A stretch of DNA of 64,000 nt from an uncultured Veillonella sp. (GTDB lineage: Bacteria > Bacillota > Negativicutes > Veillonellales > Veillonellaceae), in NCBI GenBank assembly GCA_963518085.1, contig CAUQIB010000008.1:36524-100523 (forward strand), written 5' to 3'. The position numbers and the translations under genes were made by a program. The notes under the pieces were generated by a model. The model did not search any database, was not told the origin of the DNA, and was given only the letters and a program-made list of their open reading frames with translations. Shown one piece after another: positions 40,628 through 48,794 of this stretch. Positions within the stretch are counted from its first letter, which is position 1, and the number at the start of each line of letters is the position of its first letter.

Positions 40628-42259
40628 ATGGATATATTTTTAGCAGTCTTGCCGATTCTATGGCTTATCGTAGCATTGGCAATTTTAAAAATGCCAGCAT
40701 GGAAAGCATGTTTGGCGGCAGCAATTGGTACATATATTTTAGCGGTTTTCTATTATGGAGAAAATGCTTATATTATGTATACAGGAGCTATGGAAGGTGT
40801 AGCTCTTGCAGTTTGGCCAATTCTTTTGGTTATTACAGCAGCAATTTTTACATACCAATTGGTAGTTCATACAAAAGCTATGGATACAATTAAAATTATG
40901 TTATCTTCCGTAACTAGTGATATGCGTATTTTAGCATTATTATTAGCTTGGGGCTTCGGTAACTTTATGGAAGGTATGGCAGGTTTCGGTACAGCCGTTG
41001 CAATCCCAGCAGCGATGATGGTGGCAGTAGGCTTTGATCCATTGAAATCTATCTTAGCTTGCTTAGTAGCAAACTCCGTACCAACTACGTTTGGTTCTAT
41101 TGCGATTCCAACAACTACATTGGCATCTTTGACTGGTTTACAACCAGCTGAATTAGGTACATTCATTGCAGCGCAATTATTCATTTTAAATGTAGTGACT
41201 CCACTCTTTATTGTCGGTATTATTGCTGGCGGCGTGAAAGCAATTAAAGGCGTATTTATTCAAACTATTATAGCAGGTTTTGCATTAGCTATTCCTGAGT
41301 TATTAATTAATATGTATGCAGGTGGTCCAGAACTTGCGGTTATGGGATCCTCTATTGTTATCATGGCTGTTATTATAGCTATTGCAAAAATTATGCCTGT
41401 AAATGATCCAGAATATAAAGTTGATATGGGAGCAAAAAAAGTATCAGCAAAAGAAGGCTTGATTGCAGCATCTCCATTTATCTTAATCTTTATCTTGTTA
41501 ATTGGTACATCTAAATTAGTACCGCCTGTATATAATGCATTGATGGTATTTAAAACATCTGTACCTATTCATGCAGGTGTGAATGCAAAACCTTATACAT
41601 TTGTATGGATTGCAACTCCTGGTATTATGATTTTTATTTCTGCTTTAATTGGTGGTTTTATCCAAAAAGCGGGACTTAGTACTCAAAAATATGTATTAAC
41701 AAATACATTTAAAACATTGAAATTGACATATGTAACAATCATTTCTGTAGTTGTAACAGCTAAATTGATGACATACTCCGGTATGACTGGTATGATTGCT
41801 AACGCATTAGTAGCGGCAACTGGATCTTTATACCCTGCATTTGCTCCTGTTATCGGTGCATTAGGCGCCTTCTTGACAGGTTCTGGTACAAATGCGAACG
41901 TATTGTTTGGGCCATTACAAACAGCAGCAGCTCATCAATTGACTCCTGGTCATGATACATTGGCATTGTGGTTGGCAGCTACTAACTCTGGTTCTGCTGG
42001 TGTTGGTAAAATGTTCTCCCCACAAAGTATTGCTATTGCGATTGGTGCCGTAGGTCCTGCTTTGAATACATTCATTGAAGAAAATAAAATTGATGCACAA
42101 AAAGCAGACCAATTACGTCACTCCATCGATGCAAGTTCTATCATGGTTCATGTATCTAAATACTTCTTGTTATATCTAATTGTTTTTGGTATTTTCACTT
42201 ATTTTGGACAAGCTTTCTTCCCTCAACTAGAAAATCTTTTAACATTAGTTAAACATTAA
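40628..42259 (+). CDS. lctP: L-lactate permease
   Basis: FMEGMAGFGTAVAIPA, LVANSVPTTFGSI, FLTGSGTNANVLFG, GKMFSPQSIAI. Confidence 0.93.
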   Translation: MDIFLAVLPILWLIVALAILKMPAWKACLAAAIGTYILAVFYYGENAYIMYTGAMEGVALAVWPILLVITAAIFTYQLVVHTKAMDTIKIMLSSVTSDMRILALLLAWGFGNFMEGMAGFGTAVAIPAAMMVAVGFDPLKSILACLVANSVPTTFGSIAIPTTTLASLTGLQPAELGTFIAAQLFILNVVTPLFIVGIIAGGVKAIKGVFIQTIIAGFALAIPELLINMYAGGPELAVMGSSIVIMAVIIAIAKIMPVNDPEYKVDMGAKKVSAKEGLIAASPFILIFILLIGTSKLVPPVYNALMVFKTSVPIHAGVNAKPYTFVWIATPGIMIFISALIGGFIQKAGLSTQKYVLTNTFKTLKLTYVTIISVVVTAKLMTYSGMTGMIANALVAATGSLYPAFAPVIGALGAFLTGSGTNANVLFGPLQTAAAHQLTPGHDTLALWLAATNSGSAGVGKMFSPQSIAIAIGAVGPALNTFIEENKIDAQKADQLRHSIDASSIMVHVSKYFLLYLIVFGIFTYFGQAFFPQLENLLTLVKH

Positions 42260-42283
42260 TGATTAAACTAGCATACAATAACA

Positions 42284-42319
42284 GACAAAGAGACAACATT
42301 TCGGTGTTGTCTCTTTTTG
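42284..42319 (+). terminator. Terminator after lactate permease
   Basis: ACAAAGAGACAACAT-TTCG-GTGTTGTCTCTTTTTG. Confidence 0.75.
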
Positions 42320-42417
42320 TATTCCTATTAGATATATATATGCTCTTTATCAAATGTGGGGGCTACTCATATAAAAGTTCTTAGCACTAGCTATTTAAAT
42401 AGCTAGTGCTATTTTTC

Positions 42418-42780
42418 TCAATGGAAGTATACGAACTCTGAATCATTCAAAATGACGTACCTCATAACTTATTCTCTTTAAAACTTTAATAATATTATTA
42501 CATCCTTCTAAAGGCTAATCTAAGTCCATACGCCAGGCGTAGGTCATCGGATATACGCAATATTTCTAGTAGCTTTACTTGCTCGAGAGCCCAATCTACC
42601 AAACGACACACGTGGTAACGATCTGCCACGATATGCGCATGAAGGAGCATAGTTTGTATCACTAACTTAAATAGTGGAGAGATATCCATAACAACGTATT
42701 TAATCTGTTCTCTAACTTCTTTAGAAAAGGCCTTATCTGAGCTAAAAACCTTAAGCATATAACTTAAAACCACTAAAAAG
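42418..42780 (-). pseudogene. ISL3 transposase remnant
   Basis: VVMDISPLFK...AHIVADRYHVCRLVDWALEQV, then after deletions NNIIKVLKRISYEVRHFE*FRVRIL, the ISL3 C-terminal motif. Confidence 0.85.
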
Positions 42781-42826
42781 ATGTTGATTAAAATAAATAG
42801 TCTGCGAGAGCAGGTAGGTACAATTT

Positions 42827-42993
42827 CAGCTAAAGGCAATCTACAAGGATAATGGAGATACTATTGTAGGTAACAGTGATAGCACCTTCTTTCTTAGTGA
42901 AAAGGAAAGGAGCTGATGAGCCAAGATGAGATAACAGTTATGAATGGCAGTAAATGTATTTTCCAACTTCGAGGTGTAAGACCATTTTTATGA
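42827..42993 (+). pseudogene. Fragment of VirD4/TraG type IV coupling protein
   Basis: QLKAIYKDNGDTIVGNSDSTFFLSEKE, then in another frame KELMSQDEITVMNGSKCIFQLRGVRPFL*; recalled as typical of Firmicute ICE VirD4. Confidence 0.8.
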
Positions 42994-42996
42994 CTA

Positions 42997-43052
42997 TTGC
43001 AATTTGAATATCTAAATGATATAATGTTGTCAACAACGTTGTTAATAACATT
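42997..43052 (+). promoter_or_regulatory. Promoter with overlapping 30-bp palindromic operator
   Basis: TTGCAA-17 bp-TATAAT (42997-43025); AATGTTGTCAACAAC|GTTGTTAATAACATT at 43023-43052. Confidence 0.7.
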
Positions 43053-43069
43053 GATATGAGGTGATATAA

Positions 43070-43303
43070 ATGGATGTAAACTTTTTATTGGAAATAGCAA
43101 TTAAAGAAACGATAAATTTAAAGACGAATGAGGTATTTTTACTTAGAGAATTATTTAAGGGTTACGAATGGAATAGGATAAAAAGGAAAGATAGATTATT
43201 GTTGGGATCTCTTTTTCTGAATTACGTAAATAGCGAGAATTCTAATATAAAAATATTAGAAAAGACATCTTCAGGACAACAAAAATATATTATTATAAAT
43301 TAA
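43070..43303 (+). CDS. DUF1413-like small protein (putative nucleic-acid binding)
   Basis: SD GAGGTGA; EVFLLRELFKGYEWNRI...RLLLGSLFLN...KTSSGQQKY. Confidence 0.7.
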   Translation: MDVNFLLEIAIKETINLKTNEVFLLRELFKGYEWNRIKRKDRLLLGSLFLNYVNSENSNIKILEKTSSGQQKYIIIN

Positions 43304-43380
43304 CACGTCAAATTAAGGAAGGAAAAAAAGAAGAGTTATGATGAACTCTCACTCAAGGGGAGGAGTTAAAAGCGTAAGAA

Positions 43381-43598
43381 GAATCTATGGCTAATCTAGA
43401 TAACCAACAAAGTAAAGTTGTAATAGAAACTGTTGATGGTGTTCAAAGGATAAGAGGATTGGCTGGTTCGGTAAAAACTATAGTAATTGCTCTTAAAGCA
43501 ACTTATCTTCATGCCAACATCTATAGCTATAACATTTAGTACAAGATCTCTTAAAGGTCAGTTAAAATATCTTATAAATACATTTTATATAAAACAGA
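43381..43598 (+). pseudogene. Fragment of SF1/UvrD-like helicase
   Basis: ANLDNQQSKVVIETVDGVQRIRGLAGSVKTIVIALKATYLH (Walker A G-to-V), frameshift, then IAITFSTRSLKGQLKYLI; cut off by the right IR. Confidence 0.75.
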
Positions 43599-43720
43599 TA
43601 TCCTTTCTTATATGAGTAGCCCCAACATTTAGGATAGAGCCTATATATATCGAAATTTGATATAATGTAGCAGATGAGCATATAGGATAATCTGTGTAAG
43701 GATATAAAGGGTTACTAAAG

Positions 43721-43796
43721 TTCATCTTATGTTCATTATAATTTCATGGTTAGTTCATATTTTTTTCATAATCGCTTCATACTTATAAGGTAAGAT
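43721..43796 (+). promoter_or_regulatory. Six TTCAT direct repeats at 11-bp period plus -10 (OmpR/PhoB-type operator array)
   Basis: TTCAT starts at 43721, 43732, 43743, 43754, 43765 and 43776; TAAGAT at 43791-43796. Confidence 0.75.
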
Positions 43797-43875
43797 ATAA
43801 GCAAGTTAGAAATAACAAATATTCCTTAATTAAAAAAACAAGGCATGATGTATATGACACGTGAAGGAGGAAATT

Positions 43876-44547
43876 ATGAAAAAAATGTTTCGTTTAGGAG
43901 CTGCGGTAATGGCTCTAGGTGCAGGTCTTATGATGACAAGTGGTGTAGCTAATGCTGCGAATACAGCTATAATGAAAGGTATGCCGGCAGATCAAATGGC
44001 AAAAATTAATTCTTGGAATGGTGTAGGTAGTGTAGTTCCTAGTGTATTGCCTTTAAGCGACGTAGATTATAAAGGTGTAGTTACGAAGTTTAAATCTTTA
44101 TATCCAGATGCGCAAATTATTGGTATTTCTTATGATGGAAAGCATAATCCAACATATGAAGTAGATGGCATTGTAGATGGTTTAAAAATTGAGATGCATG
44201 TTCGTGAAAATGGTGATATTCTAAAGACAGAAGTAAAGCCTATGGAACATGGTAAACATATGAAACAACAAGGCTCGATGATGTATGGTCAAGCTATGAA
44301 AGGTATGCATGGAATGTCTAAAGCATTTGATGTGAATGATATTATCATGCCAGAAATAGCAGAAACAAAAGCTCAAGAAAAAGTGGGCGGTACATTCGAA
44401 GCTATGGATTGGTCTGTAGAAAAAGAACATGGTCGTCTTGTATATGAATTAGATATGATTGATGGTAGTGGTAAAGAAGCTGAAGTCAAAGTAGATGCGA
44501 TGACTGGTGAAGTTATTGCTATAGATATGAAAACCAGTAAATACTAA
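43876..44547 (+). CDS. Exported protein with two PepSY domains and His/Met-rich linker
   Basis: Signal peptide ending ANA; YEVDG...GDIL; WSVEKEHGRLVYELDM...EVKVDAMTGEVI. SD AAGGAGG precedes 43876. Confidence 0.85.
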   Translation: MKKMFRLGAAVMALGAGLMMTSGVANAANTAIMKGMPADQMAKINSWNGVGSVVPSVLPLSDVDYKGVVTKFKSLYPDAQIIGISYDGKHNPTYEVDGIVDGLKIEMHVRENGDILKTEVKPMEHGKHMKQQGSMMYGQAMKGMHGMSKAFDVNDIIMPEIAETKAQEKVGGTFEAMDWSVEKEHGRLVYELDMIDGSGKEAEVKVDAMTGEVIAIDMKTSKY

Positions 44548-44630
44548 TTCTATCCTTATATAATACCCTTAAAACTCCCTTACTATATAAATACAAATAA
44601 CATAAACAACAAAAAATACCCCCTTTATTA

Positions 44631-44819
44631 AGACGTCACTGGCTTCGTTATGAAACTGGTGGCGTTTCTTTTACTTAGCAAAGGGAAGAGCACGACATAT
44701 TCCTTCACAAACTGATACTACGTTAGGTTTGCTCCGGAACATGTCGTGCTCTTCTGGTTTCTCCTAATTCGGACAAAAAAAGGAACGCCACTGGTGTTCT
44801 ACACGCAACGGCGTTCCTT
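44631..44819. repeat. Cluster of three GC-rich hairpins
   Basis: AGACGTCACTGG...CTGGTGGCGTTTC; GAAGAGCACGACAT...ATGTCGTGCTCTTC (44685-44754); AAGGAACGCC...GGCGTTCCTT. Confidence 0.55.
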
Positions 44820-44949
44820 AAAGAATTGATAATTGTTTTTAATCTATATCAACGATATGTAAAATATGCTATACTATACTATATACATAGAAGCGCTATC
44901 AACGTGAGTTGGGCTCATCTCTTCCTAATCAATGGGAGGAGGTGATACT

Positions 44950-45030
44950 ATGACACCATTCGAATTTTTTAGTTTACTAATACAATTTGGAATGTTAGTT
45001 ATAGCATTTTTAACTTACTCAAATATGTAA
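44950..45030 (+). CDS. Holin-like type I toxin (TxpA/BsrG-like), 26 aa MTPFEFFSLLIQFGMLVIAFLTYSNM
   Basis: SD GGAGGAGGTGA, single TM helix with the M..FE..SL.IQFG.L pattern, own TGnTATACT promoter, SD-sequestering hairpin. Confidence 0.75.
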   Translation: MTPFEFFSLLIQFGMLVIAFLTYSNM

Positions 45031-45144
45031 GTGAAAAGCCTAGCGCATAAGGTCTAGCTACCTTGACACGTTAGGCTTCATCACTGTTTGTATTCTTTGA
45101 AATGAGCCTAACGCCTAGAACACGTTGATGGCTCTTCTTTTGTT
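45031..45144 (-). ncRNA. Putative cis-antisense antitoxin overlapping the toxin 3' UTR
   Basis: Convergent TGnTATACT at 45151-45159; hairpin 45034-45079 ending in TTTT on the minus strand. Confidence 0.6.
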
Positions 45145-45290
45145 ATGTCTAGTATAACATAGTTTGTCACGTAAGGCTATATGTTTTATTATAGGTGGTA
45201 CTCTATTATGAATGACATATAATATTGTCATAGTATATATATAAATGGATTTATCAAAATATAGTACAACCAATATAGACAGATGGTACC

Positions 45291-45521
45291 TTAAAACGAC
45301 CGTTTGCCTAGGCTTGGGTGCTTACATGGTTTTAATGTGTATCGGTCAATGATACGGCACGCTTCGTCTAGGGTTAGATCTTCTTTTGTAGGTCCTTGTT
45401 CAAAGATGCATCGAGGGTCGCTGGATCCTACTTCGCCGGCTGGTAGGTATAGATATTCTTCGTTATGAGGGTCACCAAAGATGTACCCTGCTTGTAAGTG
45501 TTCTTTGTGGATACGACTCAT
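45291..45521 (-). CDS. Small hypothetical protein
   Basis: SD AAGGAG; ATGA overlap with the upstream gene. Confidence 0.7.
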   Translation of the reverse strand: MSRIHKEHLQAGYIFGDPHNEEYLYLPAGEVGSSDPRCIFEQGPTKEDLTLDEACRIIDRYTLKPCKHPSLGKRSF

Positions 45522-46234
45522 GGTATCTCCTTCATCATAAAATTAGCGGCATCCGCTGAGACTAAGTGTAACTGTGTGTGCCCCCAATGGGTAGGCACTT
45601 TTTGGAATGATGTTTTATCGTGTAAATGACCGAATACGCAGTGATCTACATGGTACTGTTCTAATAGGTCTGTAAATCCATTGGCATGATTTTCCAATGT
45701 TGGCGGATAGTGTAATAAAAGTATGCGTGTTACCTGAGTAGGGTTATCGCCACTTTCATTGATGGCAGTTTCCATCGCATCCAGAGCAGCTTTGGTGCGG
45801 ATTAATTCCCGTTCGTAGATGTGCCGGTCATCTTCTTCTTTAAAGAAAGGGTCTTGGGGATAGATATACCCTTTTGTTCCACCGAAAGCAATCCCATTAA
45901 GATAGAGACCTCTGCCTTGCAAGAAAGTGATGCGTCCGCCCATAAGAGTATCCATTTTTTGCAGGCTTGTCCACCAATAATCGTGATTGCCACGAATCAT
46001 AAACTTCTTACCTGGTAAATCAGCGATGGCATCTAAATCGATTTGAGCATCTGTCAGGCGCATGGCCCAAGATATATCACCTACTAAAAAGACTAGGTCA
46101 TCAGGCTCTACATGTTCTCGCCAGTGTGCTTGGATACGTTCCCAGTGGTTATCCCAGTGTGGACCAAATATGGTCATAGGTTTTGTTGGTGGTTGCCCAG
46201 ATAGGTGTAAATCGCCAATGGCAAAAACTTTCAT
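45518..46234 (-). CDS. Calcineurin-like metallophosphoesterase
   Basis: AIGDLHLS, VGDISW, RGNHDYWW, HYPP, FGHLH. Start MKVF at 46234 (TAATG coupling). Confidence 0.9.
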   Translation of the reverse strand: MKVFAIGDLHLSGQPPTKPMTIFGPHWDNHWERIQAHWREHVEPDDLVFLVGDISWAMRLTDAQIDLDAIADLPGKKFMIRGNHDYWWTSLQKMDTLMGGRITFLQGRGLYLNGIAFGGTKGYIYPQDPFFKEEDDRHIYERELIRTKAALDAMETAINESGDNPTQVTRILLLHYPPTLENHANGFTDLLEQYHVDHCVFGHLHDKTSFQKVPTHWGHTQLHLVSADAANFMMKEIP

Positions 46235-47016
46235 TAAACCTCCAAAGAATTGTGTAAATATGGTTGTATATGACGGATGACCTCTAAAGCTCGTGTTTCG
46301 TGGCATACTTGAGGAATCCCATAGCCGATAACGAGTGGTGATGTTATATAGCGTGGCACGATTTTAAGATAGTGAAAGCCGTCATTAATATCGTAAAAAA
46401 ATAGATTATAAGATTTTGCATATTTAGAGAAGCCTTCTAATACATATCGTAAAGTACGTTGTAAGTAGTTGGCTAGTATAGGTGTATCTAATTGTGGATC
46501 AAATTGCATATTAAATTCAAAGAATCCATGGATAGGGCGATTGGATAAGGTCATACGTAGACCATTCTCTTCATGGATAAGCCATCCATCAAAATGCTCT
46601 TTATGAATATCTTCGCGGTAATCATAGTTCTCTAGGCCGATAATTTGGCTATGGGGATGATAAATGGATCCACCAGACATAGGACCATAGTTCTTAAAGA
46701 ATAAAACCGATGTAAAACGAGGATTGGCTTTTACCTCTTTCCATTTGGTTCGTCCAAAGTCTAAAATATGGGCTGCTTCTGAGAAGGGTAATTTAGAATA
46801 TTCTGTATGTACATGTGGCGGTGTTTCAATAATAACGGTAGGCCATGTGTGTTCCAATACAGGATATTTATTCATGAGCCAAATGATGGACCCAGATGTA
46901 TCTAGTATATCAGTTAATTGCGAGGGTTCGCAAAATGGGCAGTGCCCGTCGCGATTGTGCATGCTGTCGGGTTTTGTTTGCCCCAGAGCAATATCAAAAA
47001 TTAATGGTTCTTTCAT
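46234..47016 (-). CDS. DUF4931/GalT-like HIT nucleotidyltransferase
   Basis: CPFC, NKYPVL, FKNYGPMSGGSIYHPHSQI. Confidence 0.85.
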   Translation of the reverse strand: MKEPLIFDIALGQTKPDSMHNRDGHCPFCEPSQLTDILDTSGSIIWLMNKYPVLEHTWPTVIIETPPHVHTEYSKLPFSEAAHILDFGRTKWKEVKANPRFTSVLFFKNYGPMSGGSIYHPHSQIIGLENYDYREDIHKEHFDGWLIHEENGLRMTLSNRPIHGFFEFNMQFDPQLDTPILANYLQRTLRYVLEGFSKYAKSYNLFFYDINDGFHYLKIVPRYITSPLVIGYGIPQVCHETRALEVIRHIQPYLHNSLEV

Positions 47017-47105
47017 AGTTCACCTCACTAGTACTATAGTATCATAGGGTGTGAGGTTTATGAAAGTATGAAACATGATATAATAAAAAAAGAATAGGAG
47101 GAACT

Positions 47106-47633
47106 ATGAGACCTACAACATTATGCTTTCCGAAACGGGATGATTTATTTTTATTAGGACGTAAAAAACGTGGCTTTGGAGCCGGTTATTATAATGGATT
47201 TGGTGGTAAGATAGAGGACCGTGAAAGCTTCCGTGCTTGCGCTGTGCGAGAAGTCTTCGAAGAAGTATCCTTACTGGTAAAAGAAGAGTGTCTAAAGGCA
47301 GTGGCCCTGTTGGACTTTCAGTTTCCTTACTCGCCGGAGTTGAGTCATATCAGTTATGTATATATAGTAGAGCAGTTTCAAGGTATTCCTTTGGAATCAG
47401 AAGAGATGGAGCCTTATTGGTTCACGTTGGAGAATACTCCCTTTGACCATATGTGGGCTGGTGATGGAGAGTGGATTCCGCGCATTTGGAGTGGAGAAAA
47501 ATTGAAAGGGGTCATTACTTTCAAAGAAGATAATAGTACGATAGAATCCATGCAATTTGTAACCGTAGAAGAGGTAATAGAAAGTGACGATGTGGACCGT
47601 GTGACGGCTTGGATATATGAGGGAATGAAGTGA
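47106..47633 (+). CDS. Nudix hydrolase, MTH1/MutT-like 8-oxo-dGTPase
   Basis: LLGRKKRGFGAG.YNGFGGK, REVFEE Nudix box, ESEEMEP.WF, MWAGD; overlaps mutY. Confidence 0.85.
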   Translation: MRPTTLCFPKRDDLFLLGRKKRGFGAGYYNGFGGKIEDRESFRACAVREVFEEVSLLVKEECLKAVALLDFQFPYSPELSHISYVYIVEQFQGIPLESEEMEPYWFTLENTPFDHMWAGDGEWIPRIWSGEKLKGVITFKEDNSTIESMQFVTVEEVIESDDVDRVTAWIYEGMK

Positions 47634-48772
47634 AACAAGTAGAACAGCAAAGCCAAGTGGCATGGACGAAACATTTGTTGGATTGGTATGATGTGCACAA
47701 GCGCGACTTGCCTTGGCGCGAAAGTAAAGATCCTTATCGCATTTGGGTGTCGGAAGTGATGTCCCAACAAACACGGATTGAGGCCATGCGCCCTTATTTT
47801 GAAAACTGGGTATTACAATTCCCAACGCTAGAAAGTTTAGCTAGTGCCGAAGAAGATACGGTGGTTCGGGCATGGCAAGGTTTAGGATATTATTCTAGGG
47901 CTCGTAATTTGCACCAAGGTGTGAAAGAAGTAGTAGAAACCTATGGGGGCCAAGTACCGAAAACACGGAAGGAAATGGAATCTTTAAAAGGTGTAGGATC
48001 TTATACAGCAGGGGCAGTGCTTTCCATTGCTTATAATCTTCGTGAACCTGCCGTAGATGGGAATGTGCTTCGAGTATACGCTCGTCTGTATAATATCCAC
48101 GAAGATATTTTGAGCACGATAGCTAAAAAAGTGATTACCGCCTTAGTAGAAGAGACTATGCCTTACGATCGCCCCGGAGATTTCAACGAAGCCCTCATGG
48201 ATTTTGGAGCGTCTATCTGCATTCCCAAAGCGCCACGCTGTGAATCTTGCCCATTAGTACAAGATTGTGAAGCGAAAGCAGCGGGAATGGAGCAACAGTT
48301 GCCTGTACGGATTAAGAAAACAAAGGTACAGGCTGTCCAGCTCTACGTAGGGATTATCCAGACATTAGAGGGCTATTATGTGCTCCATCGGAGACCTAAA
48401 GAAGGCTTGCTCCAAGGAATGTGGGAATTTCCAAGTGTAGAAGGTGGTACAGCAGAGAGTCGTAAAGCGGAACTAATCGAGCGGTTACAATCCATTGGTG
48501 TTACGGTCATCATGGATCGACCTATGGTAAAGGAAGTGACTCATATCTTTAGTCATCGTAAATGGACTATGAAAGGCTATCGAGGGGAAGCTACAGAAGT
48601 GGCAATAGATTCATCTAATGTAATCATCTTGGAAGGTGATGAAGCGGTGCAACAAGCTGTAGCACAAGGTCAGATTATCCCTTTAAAGGACGATTGGATT
48701 CTCTGTCGTAAAGAAGCCTTTCACGTGTTACCTTGGGCGGGTCCTCATGGTAAGTTCATTGATCTTTGTTAA
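47630..48772 (+). CDS. mutY: A/G-specific adenine glycosylase
   Basis: RDLPWR, WVSEVMSQQT, WQGLGYYSRARN, VDGNVLRV, C-x6-C-x2-C-x5-C cluster. Confidence 0.97.
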   Translation: MKQVEQQSQVAWTKHLLDWYDVHKRDLPWRESKDPYRIWVSEVMSQQTRIEAMRPYFENWVLQFPTLESLASAEEDTVVRAWQGLGYYSRARNLHQGVKEVVETYGGQVPKTRKEMESLKGVGSYTAGAVLSIAYNLREPAVDGNVLRVYARLYNIHEDILSTIAKKVITALVEETMPYDRPGDFNEALMDFGASICIPKAPRCESCPLVQDCEAKAAGMEQQLPVRIKKTKVQAVQLYVGIIQTLEGYYVLHRRPKEGLLQGMWEFPSVEGGTAESRKAELIERLQSIGVTVIMDRPMVKEVTHIFSHRKWTMKGYRGEATEVAIDSSNVIILEGDEAVQQAVAQGQIIPLKDDWILCRKEAFHVLPWAGPHGKFIDLC

Positions 48773-48794
48773 TCTATACCGAGGAGTGATATAG

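Larger units (their letters stand above)
42341..43641. mobile_element. Non-autonomous ISL3-family derivative with passenger DNA
   Basis: 34-bp terminal IRs (42341-42374 and 43608-43641, 28/34 identical; the right IR reads GGCTCTAT... inward); TATATATA duplication at 42333-42340 and 43642-43649; transposase remnant inside. Confidence 0.85.

Noticed and set aside
42498..42839. 113-aa ORF as a functional gene
   Set aside because: It is a chimeric frame over the deleted ISL3 transposase remnant.
43721..43780. CRISPR array or iterons
   Set aside because: The repeat unit is only 5 bp with 6-bp spacers, and there is no cas or rep gene. It fits response-regulator boxes better.
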